Below are positions 18,275-28,641 of a stretch of 44,458 nt of DNA, in pieces. A program made the position numbers and the translations under genes. Each line of letters begins with the position of its first letter. Positions within the stretch are counted from its first letter, which is position 1. The notes below the pieces were generated by a model. It saw only the letters and a list, made by a program, of their open reading frames with translations, made no database searches and was not told where the DNA came from. This DNA is from Candidatus Firestoneibacteriota bacterium (GTDB taxonomy: Bacteria; Oederibacteriota; D2-FULL-39-29; JBBTED01), in contig JBBTED010000022.1 in NCBI GenBank assembly GCA_038042445.1, forward strand, positions 1-44,458, given 5' to 3'.

Positions 18275-20014
18275 ATGAAAATTTCTATATTTTCTAAAAT
18301 ATTTGGTGGATATCTTTTTATAATTATTGCTTTGTCATCTTTAATTATCTTATTTTCATTTAGTACTCTAAAGAATCACGACATAAATTCATCGACTGAT
18401 AACCTTAAAAATCTCGGGACAACTTTAAGCCTACAGGTAGCTCCTCTTTTAGAAAAAAATGAATATCAAAAATTAGATGCACTTGTTAAGAAATTAGGAA
18501 ATGAAATAAAAACAAGAATAACAATAATAAATTCTGATGGTGTGGTGTTAGCTGATTCAGAACATTCCCCAAAATCAATGGAAAATCATAAGAACAGGTC
18601 TGAAATAATAGATGCTATTGAAAATGGATTTGGTAAGTCAATACGTTATAGTAATACATTAAAAAAAGATATGCTATACGTTGCTTTGCCTGTATTTATA
18701 AAAGACAAAAAAGAGTTATTGTGTGTAATACGGGTAAGCTTATTCTTAAGTGATATAGATATGTTATTTGCTGAATTAAAAACTAAGATTTTACATATAT
18801 CTCTGGTTATAATGATATTTTCAATACTGGGTGCGATGTTTTTTTCCAGGAGTTTATCAAGACCAATTCAGATGTTAAAAGTAGTATCAAAAAAAATAGC
18901 AAGTGGAAATTTTAATGCAAAAGTTATTCTGAAAAGTCACGATGAATTAAAAGATTTAGCTGAAAGTTTTAATAATATGGCTGAGCAAATGAAAGAAATA
19001 TTTGAAAAGCTTTCTCAACAGAAAGAAGAACTCAATAATATTATTTCTTCAATTCAGGAAGGACTACTTTTAATAGATAAGAAAGGTATAGTTTTATTAG
19101 CTAATGATAGTTTCAGAAAGATATATGAAACTCAATATGTAGAAAATAAATACTACTGGGAAGTTTTAATGGTGCCGAAATTTAATGATTTAATAAAAAG
19201 GGTAATTAGTTCAAAAACGAACCTCATAGAAGAAATAACACTGAACAGCCGAATATTTTTATGCAGTGTAACTTTTTTGCATAAAAAAGAAGAGCTTGTT
19301 GTTTTGTTTCATGACATAACTGATTTAAAGGATATAGAAAAAATGAAAAGGGATTTTGTGACAAATGTATCACATGAATTACGCACTCCTCTTACCGCAA
19401 TCAAAGGTTTTGCTGAAACTCTTGAAGATGAAGTAGACCAAAAGAGTAGGCACTATGTAGATATAATAAAAGTTCATACAGATAGATTGATAACTATAGT
19501 TCAGGATTTACTTATATTATCAGAACTTGAAGAAAAAGAAGCCAAGTTAAAATTGGAAAACTTAAATATAAAAGAACTACTTAATAATGTTGCAAAATTA
19601 TTTGCGAAAAAAATAATGGAAAAGAAATTGGAGCTGAAAGTTGAAATTAGTGAGAACATTTCATTTTTGAAAGCAGATTCTTTTAAATTGGAACAGATGT
19701 TTATCAATTTGATTGATAATGCTGTGAAATATACTGAAAAAGGAGAAATTAAAATATCGGTAAAACAAAAAGATGAAACTGTTATTTTTGAAATAAAAGA
19801 TACTGGTATAGGAATACCCAAAGAATATCTAAACCGTATTTTTGAAAGGTTTTTTGTTGTAGATAAATCCCGTTCCAGAAAGCTTGGTGGAACTGGTTTA
19901 GGTCTTTCTATTGTAAAACACATTGTGCAGATACATAATGGAAAAATAGATGTTGAAAGTACTCCAGAAATAGGCTCAAAGTTTACTGTTATATTACCCA
20001 TAAATCCTCTTTAG
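18275..20014 (+). CDS. phoR: Sensor histidine kinase PhoR (HAMP-PAS-HisKA-HATPase)
   Basis: DFVTNVSHELRTPLT, NLIDNAVKY, DTGIGIP, GGTGLGL; MENHKNRSEI sensor segment; pst context. Confidence 0.88.
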   Translation: MKISIFSKIFGGYLFIIIALSSLIILFSFSTLKNHDINSSTDNLKNLGTTLSLQVAPLLEKNEYQKLDALVKKLGNEIKTRITIINSDGVVLADSEHSPKSMENHKNRSEIIDAIENGFGKSIRYSNTLKKDMLYVALPVFIKDKKELLCVIRVSLFLSDIDMLFAELKTKILHISLVIMIFSILGAMFFSRSLSRPIQMLKVVSKKIASGNFNAKVILKSHDELKDLAESFNNMAEQMKEIFEKLSQQKEELNNIISSIQEGLLLIDKKGIVLLANDSFRKIYETQYVENKYYWEVLMVPKFNDLIKRVISSKTNLIEEITLNSRIFLCSVTFLHKKEELVVLFHDITDLKDIEKMKRDFVTNVSHELRTPLTAIKGFAETLEDEVDQKSRHYVDIIKVHTDRLITIVQDLLILSELEEKEAKLKLENLNIKELLNNVAKLFAKKIMEKKLELKVEISENISFLKADSFKLEQMFINLIDNAVKYTEKGEIKISVKQKDETVIFEIKDTGIGIPKEYLNRIFERFFVVDKSRSRKLGGTGLGLSIVKHIVQIHNGKIDVESTPEIGSKFTVILPINPL

Positions 20015-20021
20015 ATTATTC

Positions 20022-20075
20022 TTAACACAAAATTAATAATTTCTTTATACGCATTTAACTCGGATATTATATAAT
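20022..20075 (+). promoter_or_regulatory. Pho box array with -10 element
   Basis: TTAACA (20022), TTAATA (20033), TTTATA (20044), TTAACT (20055) at exact 11-bp period, followed by TATAAT at 20070. Confidence 0.7.
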
Positions 20076-20150
20076 TATTTAAGAAAAATAAAATTCATGT
20101 CGTTTTCGTTTGTCTATGGAAACGATCTGTCAAAAAAGGAGGAATAAATA

Positions 20151-21299
20151 ATGGTAAAGAAAAAGAAAATGTTTTTTGTGGCGGTGATATGTAGTGTAGT
20201 TTGTATTTTGAATACGGGTGTTTCTTTGGCAAGTGAAACTGATGTATTACTTAATAAACTTGTTGAGAAGGGACAGCTCACTAGTTTTGAGTCCCAGGAA
20301 GTAAGAAATGAAATTGATGTAGTAAGACAAAAAGAAGAACAGAAGAAAAAAGAGGAAGAAAGTCAAAAAAAGGAAAAAGACAAATTGCAAATGAAAATTT
20401 CTGGATATACTCAGTTGATTTATGTAGTAGATCCAACACTGGGAGGAAAAGAACCTTTAACAGTAAAACGATCACGAATTTCGTTCAGTAAAATGTTAAA
20501 TGATTGGGCGTCTTTTAAGATTCAACCAGATTTTGCTGGTGTTGCTTCTGCTACAGGAGGCGGAAATGTGGCATTTCGTGAAGCATTTATTGAATTGATT
20601 GCCAATAGTGATTGTGCCAGATTCCGTTTTGGACAGTATCATCAACCATTTGGTTTTGAAAACAATTTTTCTTCTTCAAAGAAGAAAGTAGCGGATACTC
20701 CACAGTATATGAGCAAGATTTTAACAACTGATTACGATTACGGTATACAATGGTGGGGAAATTTGCCAGGGGATAAATCTGTAAGTTGGCGAATTGCAGT
20801 AATGAATGGATCTGGTTCTACAACTGAAGATAATACAAAAAAAGATGTTGCTGGAAGGCTAGTTATTGCAGTTCTTAATGATATAGAATTTGGTGCATCA
20901 GCTTATAGTAGGTATGCGGGTGCAACTGAGAAAATTGCAATGCATTATGGTGGATACTTCAAATTAGAAACAGCTGGACTTTTGCCATGTCCATTATTTA
21001 TAACCGCTGAGTATGTTACAGGTAAAGATTCTGCTGGAGCAAAAGATGTTACAGATATAATTACAACTGTAGAAGTTAAGCCATTTGTCAATTTCGGGAT
21101 ATTGACCGAGATTGCGCCTGTAGTAAGACATGAGTTATTTAAAGATGGAAGCGGCCAGCAATTAGATTATGTAACTGTAGGTTTAAATTTTTACATTGAT
21201 AAATCAGTGCGAGTGTTAACAGATTATGTAGTCAAAAACGAAAAGGAAAAATCCAAAGATGATAATCGTTTCAATATAATGTTACAAGTAAGTTATTAA
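20151..21299 (+). CDS. Phosphate-selective outer-membrane porin (OprO/OprP-like)
   Basis: Signal peptide; N-terminal DVLLNKLVEKG helix; ISGYTQ, RFGQYHQPFG; alternating beta-strands; C-terminal aromatic (LQVSY); first gene of the pst operon. Confidence 0.75.
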   Translation: MVKKKKMFFVAVICSVVCILNTGVSLASETDVLLNKLVEKGQLTSFESQEVRNEIDVVRQKEEQKKKEEESQKKEKDKLQMKISGYTQLIYVVDPTLGGKEPLTVKRSRISFSKMLNDWASFKIQPDFAGVASATGGGNVAFREAFIELIANSDCARFRFGQYHQPFGFENNFSSSKKKVADTPQYMSKILTTDYDYGIQWWGNLPGDKSVSWRIAVMNGSGSTTEDNTKKDVAGRLVIAVLNDIEFGASAYSRYAGATEKIAMHYGGYFKLETAGLLPCPLFITAEYVTGKDSAGAKDVTDIITTVEVKPFVNFGILTEIAPVVRHELFKDGSGQQLDYVTVGLNFYIDKSVRVLTDYVVKNEKEKSKDDNRFNIMLQVSY

Positions 21300-21310
21300 A
21301 GGAGGGATAA

Positions 21311-22345
21311 ATGAAAAAATATAAATTAAAAACAATTTTAATGTCATTAATGTTTGTTATTTCATTTGCAAACATCAGTTTGGCTGGAAAATTATTATTG
21401 ATAAACGGAGCAGGAGCAACTTTTCCATATCCGTTATATTCAAAATGGTTCTATGAATATGCAAAAATAGATACAAGTGTAAATTTTAATTATCAGTCAA
21501 TAGGTTCTGGAGGAGGCATAAGACAAATTACTGTTCAAACAGTCGATTTTGGCGCAACTGATGGACCCATGACTGATCAACAACTAAAAGAAGCACCTGG
21601 TGCAATATTGCATATTCCTATGGTTGCAGGCGCGGTTGTTGTTACATACAATATTGCAGGAATAGACGAAAAACTCAAATTCAGTCCTGATGTTATAACA
21701 GATATTTTTATGGGAAACATCACAAAATGGAATGACAAAAGAATTGCACAAGACAATCCGGGTGTTCGTTTGCCAGACAATAAAATAATTGTTGTGCACC
21801 GTTCTGATGGAAGTGGAACGACCTATATTTTTGTTGATTATCTTTGTGAAGTATCAAGTGAGTGGAAAAATAAAGTTGGTAAAGGAACTTCAGTTAGTTG
21901 GCCTGTTGGCTTAGGTGGAAAAGGAAATGAGGGTGTAGCAGGACTTGTCAAACAGACACCTTATTCAATAGGCTATGTGGAACTTGCTTATGCAATTAAG
22001 AGCAATTTAGAATATGGTGCTATTAAGAACAAAACAGGTAAATTCATTGTGCCAAGTTTACAAAGTATAACAGCGTCAATATCTTCAAAAGCAAACAGTA
22101 TGCCTTCGGATTTCAGGGTGTCACTTGTAAATTCTGGTGGTATTGATACATATCCGATATCCGGATTTACATGGATTTTAGTTTATAAAAATCAGACCGA
22201 TAAAATTAAAGGTGAAAAACTTGTAAGATTTTTAAATTGGGCAATAACTGATGGGCAAAAATATGCTGCTGATTTATTCTATGCTGGTTTGCCATTAAAT
22301 ATAGTAACAAAGATTCAGCAGAAACTTAAGGAAATAACTTATTAA
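21311..22345 (+). CDS. pstS: Phosphate ABC transporter substrate-binding protein
   Basis: GAGATFPYP, YQSIGSGGG, HRSDGSGTT, GGKGNEGV, YPISGFTW. Confidence 0.97.
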   Translation: MKKYKLKTILMSLMFVISFANISLAGKLLLINGAGATFPYPLYSKWFYEYAKIDTSVNFNYQSIGSGGGIRQITVQTVDFGATDGPMTDQQLKEAPGAILHIPMVAGAVVVTYNIAGIDEKLKFSPDVITDIFMGNITKWNDKRIAQDNPGVRLPDNKIIVVHRSDGSGTTYIFVDYLCEVSSEWKNKVGKGTSVSWPVGLGGKGNEGVAGLVKQTPYSIGYVELAYAIKSNLEYGAIKNKTGKFIVPSLQSITASISSKANSMPSDFRVSLVNSGGIDTYPISGFTWILVYKNQTDKIKGEKLVRFLNWAITDGQKYAADLFYAGLPLNIVTKIQQKLKEITY

Positions 22346-22379
22346 AGGGTAATGGGGTTAGTTAAGGACGGAGATGTCA

Positions 22380-22506
22380 GACTGTGTCATAATCGGTTTT
22401 TTGTCACCCTGAACTTGTTTCAGGGTCTCAAAACACCTTGATTTTATTAGATGCTGAAATAAATTCAGCATGACAAAACGCGTAATATTATAATTATGAC
22501 ACAGTC
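22380..22506. mobile_element. MITE (GACTGTGTCATAAT TIRs) carrying a TGTCA REP doublet, inserted in the apex of an outer stem-loop
   Basis: Perfect IR AGACTGTGTCATAAT (22379-22393) / ATTATGACACAGTCT (22493-22507); possible TCA duplication; internal arms 22402-22428 and 22449-22475; outer stem 22356-22378 / 22512-22534. Confidence 0.85.
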
Positions 22507-22546
22507 TCAATGACACTTCTGTTCCTAACTGACCATTATATTAAAA

Positions 22547-23476
22547 ATGAAAAAAATAAAATTCATTGATCCGCTATTCAAAAAAACGAGCAAAATAGTA
22601 GCACTATCTGTGCTCGTTCTTTCTATTTTTCTTATTTATGTAATGGTAAAATATTCAATACCGTCAATACAGAAATTTGGACTAAAATTTTTGTTTTCTA
22701 CGAAATGGGACCCTGTTATAGAAAATTTTGGTGCTTTACCATTTATCTATGGAACAATTGTTTCATCTTTACTTGCACTGATAATTGCTGTGCCGTTATC
22801 ATTGGGCATCGCTATTTATCTTTCTGAAATTGCTCCATTATGGATAAGAGAACCATTGAGTTTTTTAATTGAATTGCTTGCCGCTATACCAAGTGTAATA
22901 TATGGAATATGGGGAATTTTTGTTCTGGCTCCTATTTTGAGAAATTATGTACAGCCATTTTTATCAAAATTTTTTGGATTTTTGCCAATATTTAGCGGAG
23001 ACTATTATGGTGTTGGAATGATGACTGCTGGAATAATCTTGAGCATAATGATCATACCAACAATATCTTCTGTATCAAGAGATATTTTTTTGTCTGTACC
23101 AAATGATCAAAGAGAGGCTGCAATGTCACTTGGCGCAACTCAATGGGAAACAATAAGGTTGTCTGTGCTAAAATATGCAAAGCCGGGCGTTATAGGTGCA
23201 ATAATACTTGGGCTTGGCAGAGCACTTGGTGAAACAATGGCTGTTACAATGGTTATAGGGAATAAGCCGGAAATTTCCGCTTCTTTATTTGCACCTTCTT
23301 ATACAATGGCATCAGTAATAGCAAATGAATTCACGGAAGCAACAAGTGATTTATATATATCAACACTTATAGAACTTGGACTCGTTTTATTCATTTTAAC
23401 ATTTATTCTTAATATGATAGCAAGGTTACTTGTTTGGTCTGTTTCAAACAAATTAAAAGGTATGATTAGAGAATGA
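22547..23476 (+). CDS. pstC: Phosphate ABC transporter permease
   Basis: ELLAAIPSVIYGIWG, GRALGETMAV, IANEF. Confidence 0.97.
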   Translation: MKKIKFIDPLFKKTSKIVALSVLVLSIFLIYVMVKYSIPSIQKFGLKFLFSTKWDPVIENFGALPFIYGTIVSSLLALIIAVPLSLGIAIYLSEIAPLWIREPLSFLIELLAAIPSVIYGIWGIFVLAPILRNYVQPFLSKFFGFLPIFSGDYYGVGMMTAGIILSIMIIPTISSVSRDIFLSVPNDQREAAMSLGATQWETIRLSVLKYAKPGVIGAIILGLGRALGETMAVTMVIGNKPEISASLFAPSYTMASVIANEFTEATSDLYISTLIELGLVLFILTFILNMIARLLVWSVSNKLKGMIRE

Positions 23477-24306
23477 GTATAAAGAGAAAAATAATTAGTA
23501 AAATAATGATGACTTCAACGCTTTTGTGCGCTCTTGTAACACTTATTCCTCTAATTAGCATATTTTTATATGTTATTTCAAAAGGTATAACAAATATTAA
23601 TCTTGATTTTTTTATGAATCTTCCAAAACCTGTTGGTGAACCGGGTGGTGGTATGAGTAACGCAATTGTCGGTAGTTTAATACTTGTGGGATTATCTTCT
23701 ATATGGGCAATACCAGTGAGTATTTTGGGTGGAGTATATCTTGCAGAATACGGAAATAATAAACTTGGCACCATAATAAGATTTCTTGCTGATGTGTTAA
23801 GTGGAATTCCATCAATTGTAGTTGGTATTTTTGCTTATGTTGTTTTTGTTCTGCCTATGAAAACTTTTTCTACAATAAGTGGAGCATTTGCATTAGGTAT
23901 AATTATGATACCATCTGTAATGCGAATAACAGAAGAGATGGTGCGTATGGTTCCAAATACATTGCGGGAAGCTTCTTGGGCATTGGGAATAAGCCAATTC
24001 AGAACTACGGTGAGTATAGTACTAAAAACTGCAAAGGCAGGTATAATTACAGGGGTAATGTTATCTATAGCACGTATTGCCGGTGAAACAGCTCCATTAT
24101 TATTTACTGCGTTTGGAAATAGATTTTGGAATCAGGGTTTGAATACACCAATAGCATCATTACCTCTACAAATATTTGTATATGCTATGTCTCCTTTTGA
24201 AGACTGGCATAAACAAGCCTGGTCAGGTGCACTTGTACTTATAATGTTGGTATTTCTAACAAGTTACTTAAGCAGAAGAACAATGAAATCACGATATAAA
24301 ATATAA
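23473..24306 (+). CDS. pstA: Phosphate ABC transporter permease
   Basis: [21 protein letters not shown]. Confidence 0.97.
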   Translation: MSIKRKIISKIMMTSTLLCALVTLIPLISIFLYVISKGITNINLDFFMNLPKPVGEPGGGMSNAIVGSLILVGLSSIWAIPVSILGGVYLAEYGNNKLGTIIRFLADVLSGIPSIVVGIFAYVVFVLPMKTFSTISGAFALGIIMIPSVMRITEEMVRMVPNTLREASWALGISQFRTTVSIVLKTAKAGIITGVMLSIARIAGETAPLLFTAFGNRFWNQGLNTPIASLPLQIFVYAMSPFEDWHKQAWSGALVLIMLVFLTSYLSRRTMKSRYKI

Positions 24307-24317
24307 ATGAGGAATAT

Positions 24318-25094
24318 ATGGAACAAAATACTGGAAAAATTATAGTTAAAAATCTCAATGCATATTTTGGCGACAATCATGTCCTAAAAAATATCAATAT
24401 TACGTTTCCTGAAAAAAAAGTTACAGCTGTAATTGGTCCATCAGGTTGTGGTAAATCAACTCTTATCCGCTGTATAAACAGAATGCATGAAGTAGTACTA
24501 AATGCAAGAGTTGAAGGCGAGATATTTTTGGATGGCGAAAATATTTATCCAAAATATATAAAAGATGTTGAACCAATTGAAATAAGAAGAAAAGTAGGAA
24601 TGGTTTTTCAGAGGCCAAATCCATTTCCAACTCTTTCAATTTATGATAATGTTGCAGCGGGCTTGAAACTCAATGGTGTAAGAAACAAGACGTTACTTGA
24701 TGAAATTGTGGTAAATTCCTTAAAGGATGCAGGGTTGTGGAAAGAAGTAGAACATAAACTTAATCACTCGGGTGTAAGTCTTTCAGGCGGACAACAACAA
24801 AGATTATGTATAGCAAGAGCACTTGCTGTTAAGCCAGAAGTTGTTTTATTTGATGAACCATGTTCTGCGCTTGACCCTATATCAACAGCAAAAATAGAAG
24901 AATTAATGTTTAAGTTGAAAGAAAAACATACGATAATAATTGTAACGCATAATATTCCACAGGCAGGAAGAGTATCTGACTATACAGCGTTTTTGTATTT
25001 AGGCGATTTAATTGAATTTGATAAAACAGAAAAACTGTTAACTATGCCAACAAACAAGATGACAGAAAAATATCTAACAGGTAAATTTGGATAG
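24318..25094 (+). CDS. pstB: Phosphate ABC transporter ATP-binding protein
   Basis: [45 protein letters not shown]. Confidence 0.97.
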   Translation: MEQNTGKIIVKNLNAYFGDNHVLKNINITFPEKKVTAVIGPSGCGKSTLIRCINRMHEVVLNARVEGEIFLDGENIYPKYIKDVEPIEIRRKVGMVFQRPNPFPTLSIYDNVAAGLKLNGVRNKTLLDEIVVNSLKDAGLWKEVEHKLNHSGVSLSGGQQQRLCIARALAVKPEVVLFDEPCSALDPISTAKIEELMFKLKEKHTIIIVTHNIPQAGRVSDYTAFLYLGDLIEFDKTEKLLTMPTNKMTEKYLTGKFG

Positions 25095-25187
25095 GTTGTA
25101 TGTTGCGACACTGTGTGTTGCGACGAATAAGGAGCAACAAGTTACACAGGCTACCGAGATGGTGAGGTGGCGGGAGGGAAAACTATT

Positions 25188-25871
25188 ATGTTTGATGAGA
25201 AAATGATAGGACTTAAAAAAGAAATTGTTGAGCATGCAGGATTAGTAGAAAGTATGATTGCCAAAAGTATCAAAGGATTGTTAAGTAAAGATAAAGGGCT
25301 ACTATCTGAAGTAATAAATAAAGATGAACTAAAATCAAATAACTATGAAATTGAAATAGATGAGTTGTGCACAAATATCATTGCTCAATATGAACCAAAG
25401 GCTAGGGATTTGCGAATTGTTCTTATGATTTTGAAAATGAATAATGATTTAGAAAGAATTGGTGATCATGCTGTAAACATAAGTCAAAGTTGTATATATC
25501 TATTAGAACATCCTCTAATCAAAATTGATATAGATATTTCACAGATTGCGAATATATCTAAAAAAATGTTAAATGATAGTATAACTTCTTTTTTGAATGA
25601 AGATATTGATTTAGCGAAAAACGTTTGTAAAGATGATACCATAATTGACAATTTGAAGTATGACTTGTCAAAAAAACTAATCACTTTTATGGCTTCTGAC
25701 CCAAAAACAATAAAATATTGTTTAAATATAATGCGTATAAATAATAATCTTGAACGTATAGCAGATTTGTCTACAAATATATGCGAAGAAGTAATTTTCA
25801 TATCAGAAGGAAGAGTGATAAAACATCATAAAGATGAAAATGCTATTGAATCATTTATAAAAAAGCCTTAA
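25188..25871 (+). CDS. phoU: Phosphate transport regulator PhoU
   Basis: PKARDLR, DLERIGDH, LERIADLSTNICE; ATG 25188 behind GGGAGG. Confidence 0.95.
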   Translation: MFDEKMIGLKKEIVEHAGLVESMIAKSIKGLLSKDKGLLSEVINKDELKSNNYEIEIDELCTNIIAQYEPKARDLRIVLMILKMNNDLERIGDHAVNISQSCIYLLEHPLIKIDIDISQIANISKKMLNDSITSFLNEDIDLAKNVCKDDTIIDNLKYDLSKKLITFMASDPKTIKYCLNIMRINNNLERIADLSTNICEEVIFISEGRVIKHHKDENAIESFIKKP

Positions 25872-25975
25872 TGCTCCCGAGTTGATAGATTTTATGTGGT
25901 TCTATATTGTGTTTCTTGAATTACCTCCATAATCTGTTTTTACAACAAAATATCATAGAAAAATAAAATTTGTAA

Positions 25976-25984
25976 TGCTATAAT
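25976..25984 (+). promoter_or_regulatory. Extended -10 promoter of dxr (probably leaderless mRNA)
   Basis: TGCTATAAT 7 nt before ATG 25992; no Shine-Dalgarno. Confidence 0.6.
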
Positions 25985-25991
25985 AAATATT

Positions 25992-27146
25992 ATGAAAAAT
26001 ATTGTTATTTTGGGGTCTACGGGGTCTATAGGTATTAATACTCTTAAGGTTATTAAGGCTTTTCCGGATAGATTTAAAGTTATTGGGTTAAGTGCAAATG
26101 AAAATGTTGATTTGCTTATGGAACAAATCAAATATTTTAAACCACAAACTGTTGCAGTAATGAATCCTGAAAAAGCCAAAATTTTAAAAAGCAAAATTTC
26201 AAATAAACATCTCAAAATTTATAATAATCTTGACGGATTGATTAAATTGGCTACTTTGCCACAAGCCAATTTAATTGTTGTTGCTTTGGTTGGAAGTGTG
26301 GGGTTGTTGCCTACACTTGAAGCAATAAAAAATAATAAAGATATTGCACTTGCAAATAAAGAAACTCTTGTGATGGCAGGCAAAATAATTATGAGTGAGG
26401 CAAAAAAACACAAAGTTAATATAATTCCAATTGATAGTGAACATAGTGCAATATTACAATGTCTGAAAACAGAAAAATTGGATAAAGTAAAAAAAATAAT
26501 TCTTACAGCATCTGGAGGACCATTTTATAAAAAGAGCATGAAAAATCTGAAAAAAGTAACATTAAATGCTACTTTGAAACATCCTACTTGGAATATGGGC
26601 AAAAAAATCACTATAGATTCAGCAACACTAATGAATAAAGGATTTGAAGTTATTGAAGCTCATTATCTTTTTGGATTGCCTATGGAAAAAATTGAGGTTA
26701 TAATTCATCCTGAAAGTATAGTGCATTCTATGGTTGAATATGTAGATGGCTCAATTTTGGCACAACTTTCCAAAACAGATATGAAAATACCGATACAATA
26801 TGCTTTAACTTATCCTGAGAGATTAAATAGCAATTTAGATAAATATTTTAATTTAGCTGATATAAAAAATCTTACATTTATTAAACCTGATTTTAAAAAA
26901 TTTTTATGCTTGGAATATTCTTATACAGCTGGTAATATTGGTGGAACAATGCCTGCAGTATTAAATGCGGCAAATGAAATAGCAGTCCGAGCATTTTTGC
27001 ATAAAAAAATAAAGTTTTTGGATATACCAAGAATTATTAAAAAAGTTATGGATAAACATAAATTCGTTGTAAATCCATCATTGGATAAAATAATTGAAGC
27101 AGATAAATGGGCAAGAATTGAAGCAGATAAAGACATAGTTTTGTAA
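25992..27146 (+). CDS. dxr: 1-deoxy-D-xylulose 5-phosphate reductoisomerase
   Basis: LGSTGSIG, LANKE, PIDSEH, TASGGPF, HPTWNMGKKITIDSATLMNKG, NAANE. Confidence 0.98.
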   Translation: MKNIVILGSTGSIGINTLKVIKAFPDRFKVIGLSANENVDLLMEQIKYFKPQTVAVMNPEKAKILKSKISNKHLKIYNNLDGLIKLATLPQANLIVVALVGSVGLLPTLEAIKNNKDIALANKETLVMAGKIIMSEAKKHKVNIIPIDSEHSAILQCLKTEKLDKVKKIILTASGGPFYKKSMKNLKKVTLNATLKHPTWNMGKKITIDSATLMNKGFEVIEAHYLFGLPMEKIEVIIHPESIVHSMVEYVDGSILAQLSKTDMKIPIQYALTYPERLNSNLDKYFNLADIKNLTFIKPDFKKFLCLEYSYTAGNIGGTMPAVLNAANEIAVRAFLHKKIKFLDIPRIIKKVMDKHKFVVNPSLDKIIEADKWARIEADKDIVL

Positions 27147-27151
27147 TCGTT

Positions 27152-27284
<133 letters not shown>

Positions 27285-27327
27285 TGAAACGGTGTTCAGC
27301 GAATATTTACAAAAGGAGATAAGATAT

Positions 27328-28629
27328 ATGTACAGTATAATTATAGGATTAGAAGTAGCGTTATTTTTAGGAATTGTAATATTTATACATGAATTAGGAC
27401 ATTTTTTTATGGCAAAAAAACGTGGCGTAAAAGTAGAAAAATTTTCACTTGGGTTTGGTCCTAAAATAATAGGATTTAAAAGAGGTGATACGGAATATTT
27501 AATTTCAGTTATTCCATTTGGCGGTTATGTAAAAATGGCAGGTGAAAATCCAGAAGAAGAACTCAAAGGTGAAAAATGGGAATATTTGAGCCAGCCATTT
27601 TGGGCAAGAATTCTTATTGTAACAGCAGGTCCATTTATGAATTTTGTATTGGCATTTATATTATTTTCTTTAGTTTATGCTATTGGTATGAATATACCAA
27701 CATATTCTACAAAAATAGGTATTGTTAAAACGGAATCTGAAGCAAGCAAATTAGATATTAGAGTAGGTGATATTATAACAGAAATTGATGGTAAAAATAT
27801 TTCAAATTGGGAACAACTAATGCGTGTTTTTCCAAAAGAAGGAAAAGTCCAAATAGTTTTAACGAGAAATCAGGAAAAACTTACAAAAGAATTAATTGTT
27901 GAAAAAGATAAAGACTTTGGCATTTTGCCATATAGATTGCCGATTGTTGGTTCTATTGTTCCTATGTATCCTGCTGAAAAAGCTGGTTTAAAACCAAATG
28001 ACTTGATTATTTCAATTGAAGGCAAAGAAATAAAACAATGGGATGAAATGTCCGAAATTATTTACGCAAATCCTGAAAAAGAAATTTCAATAACTGTGAA
28101 AAGAGATGATAAAATTCTTGATTTCAAACTTACACCTAAAGCAACTGAGTCAGAAAAAATAAATATTAAAAAAATAGGATTAATTGGAATATCACCACCT
28201 GTTGAAATGGTTTATAAAGAAAGATTTGGTATATTTAATTCAATAGGAAGAGGTTTTACTCAGACAATAACTCTTACAGGAGTGATAGCTGATTGGTTTT
28301 TGAAATTGCTTACAGGAGGAGTTTCCGTTAAAGAGTCACTTGGGGGCCCCATACTTATTGGTCAAATAGCAGTAAAACAGGCAAAAGCTGGGTTAACTGA
28401 TTTGATGAATTTTATTGCATTCTTAAGCTTAAATTTATTTATTTTAAATCTATTGCCAGTTCCTATATTTGATGGTGGTCATGTAGTTCTATGTCTTATT
28501 GAAGGTATAAGAAGAAAACCACTTAGTCTTAAAATTCAGACAGTTTTAAATCACATAGGATTTGCAATAATTATATTACTAATGGTATTTGCAACCTACA
28601 ACGATATTATTCGTCAATTCAAAGGATAA
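27328..28629 (+). CDS. rseP: RIP metalloprotease RseP with two PDZ domains
   Basis: HELGH, GGYVKM, AGPFMN, NLLPVPIFDGGH; ATG 27328 behind AAGGAG. Confidence 0.95.
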   Translation: MYSIIIGLEVALFLGIVIFIHELGHFFMAKKRGVKVEKFSLGFGPKIIGFKRGDTEYLISVIPFGGYVKMAGENPEEELKGEKWEYLSQPFWARILIVTAGPFMNFVLAFILFSLVYAIGMNIPTYSTKIGIVKTESEASKLDIRVGDIITEIDGKNISNWEQLMRVFPKEGKVQIVLTRNQEKLTKELIVEKDKDFGILPYRLPIVGSIVPMYPAEKAGLKPNDLIISIEGKEIKQWDEMSEIIYANPEKEISITVKRDDKILDFKLTPKATESEKINIKKIGLIGISPPVEMVYKERFGIFNSIGRGFTQTITLTGVIADWFLKLLTGGVSVKESLGGPILIGQIAVKQAKAGLTDLMNFIAFLSLNLFILNLLPVPIFDGGHVVLCLIEGIRRKPLSLKIQTVLNHIGFAIIILLMVFATYNDIIRQFKG

Positions 28630-28641
28630 GTTTTATCAAAA

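Noticed and set aside
20100..20130. Riboswitch or ncRNA in the porin leader
   Set aside because: Only a weak 6-bp stem (TCGTTT/AAACGA); no recognisable aptamer motif
27292..27327. ORF-track starts for rseP (27292), phoU (25167), second Gfo (7106), ftsL (31897) and antitoxin (30322)
   Set aside because: Downstream ATGs with better RBS or coupling fit family N-termini: 27328, 25188, 7157, 31927, 30268
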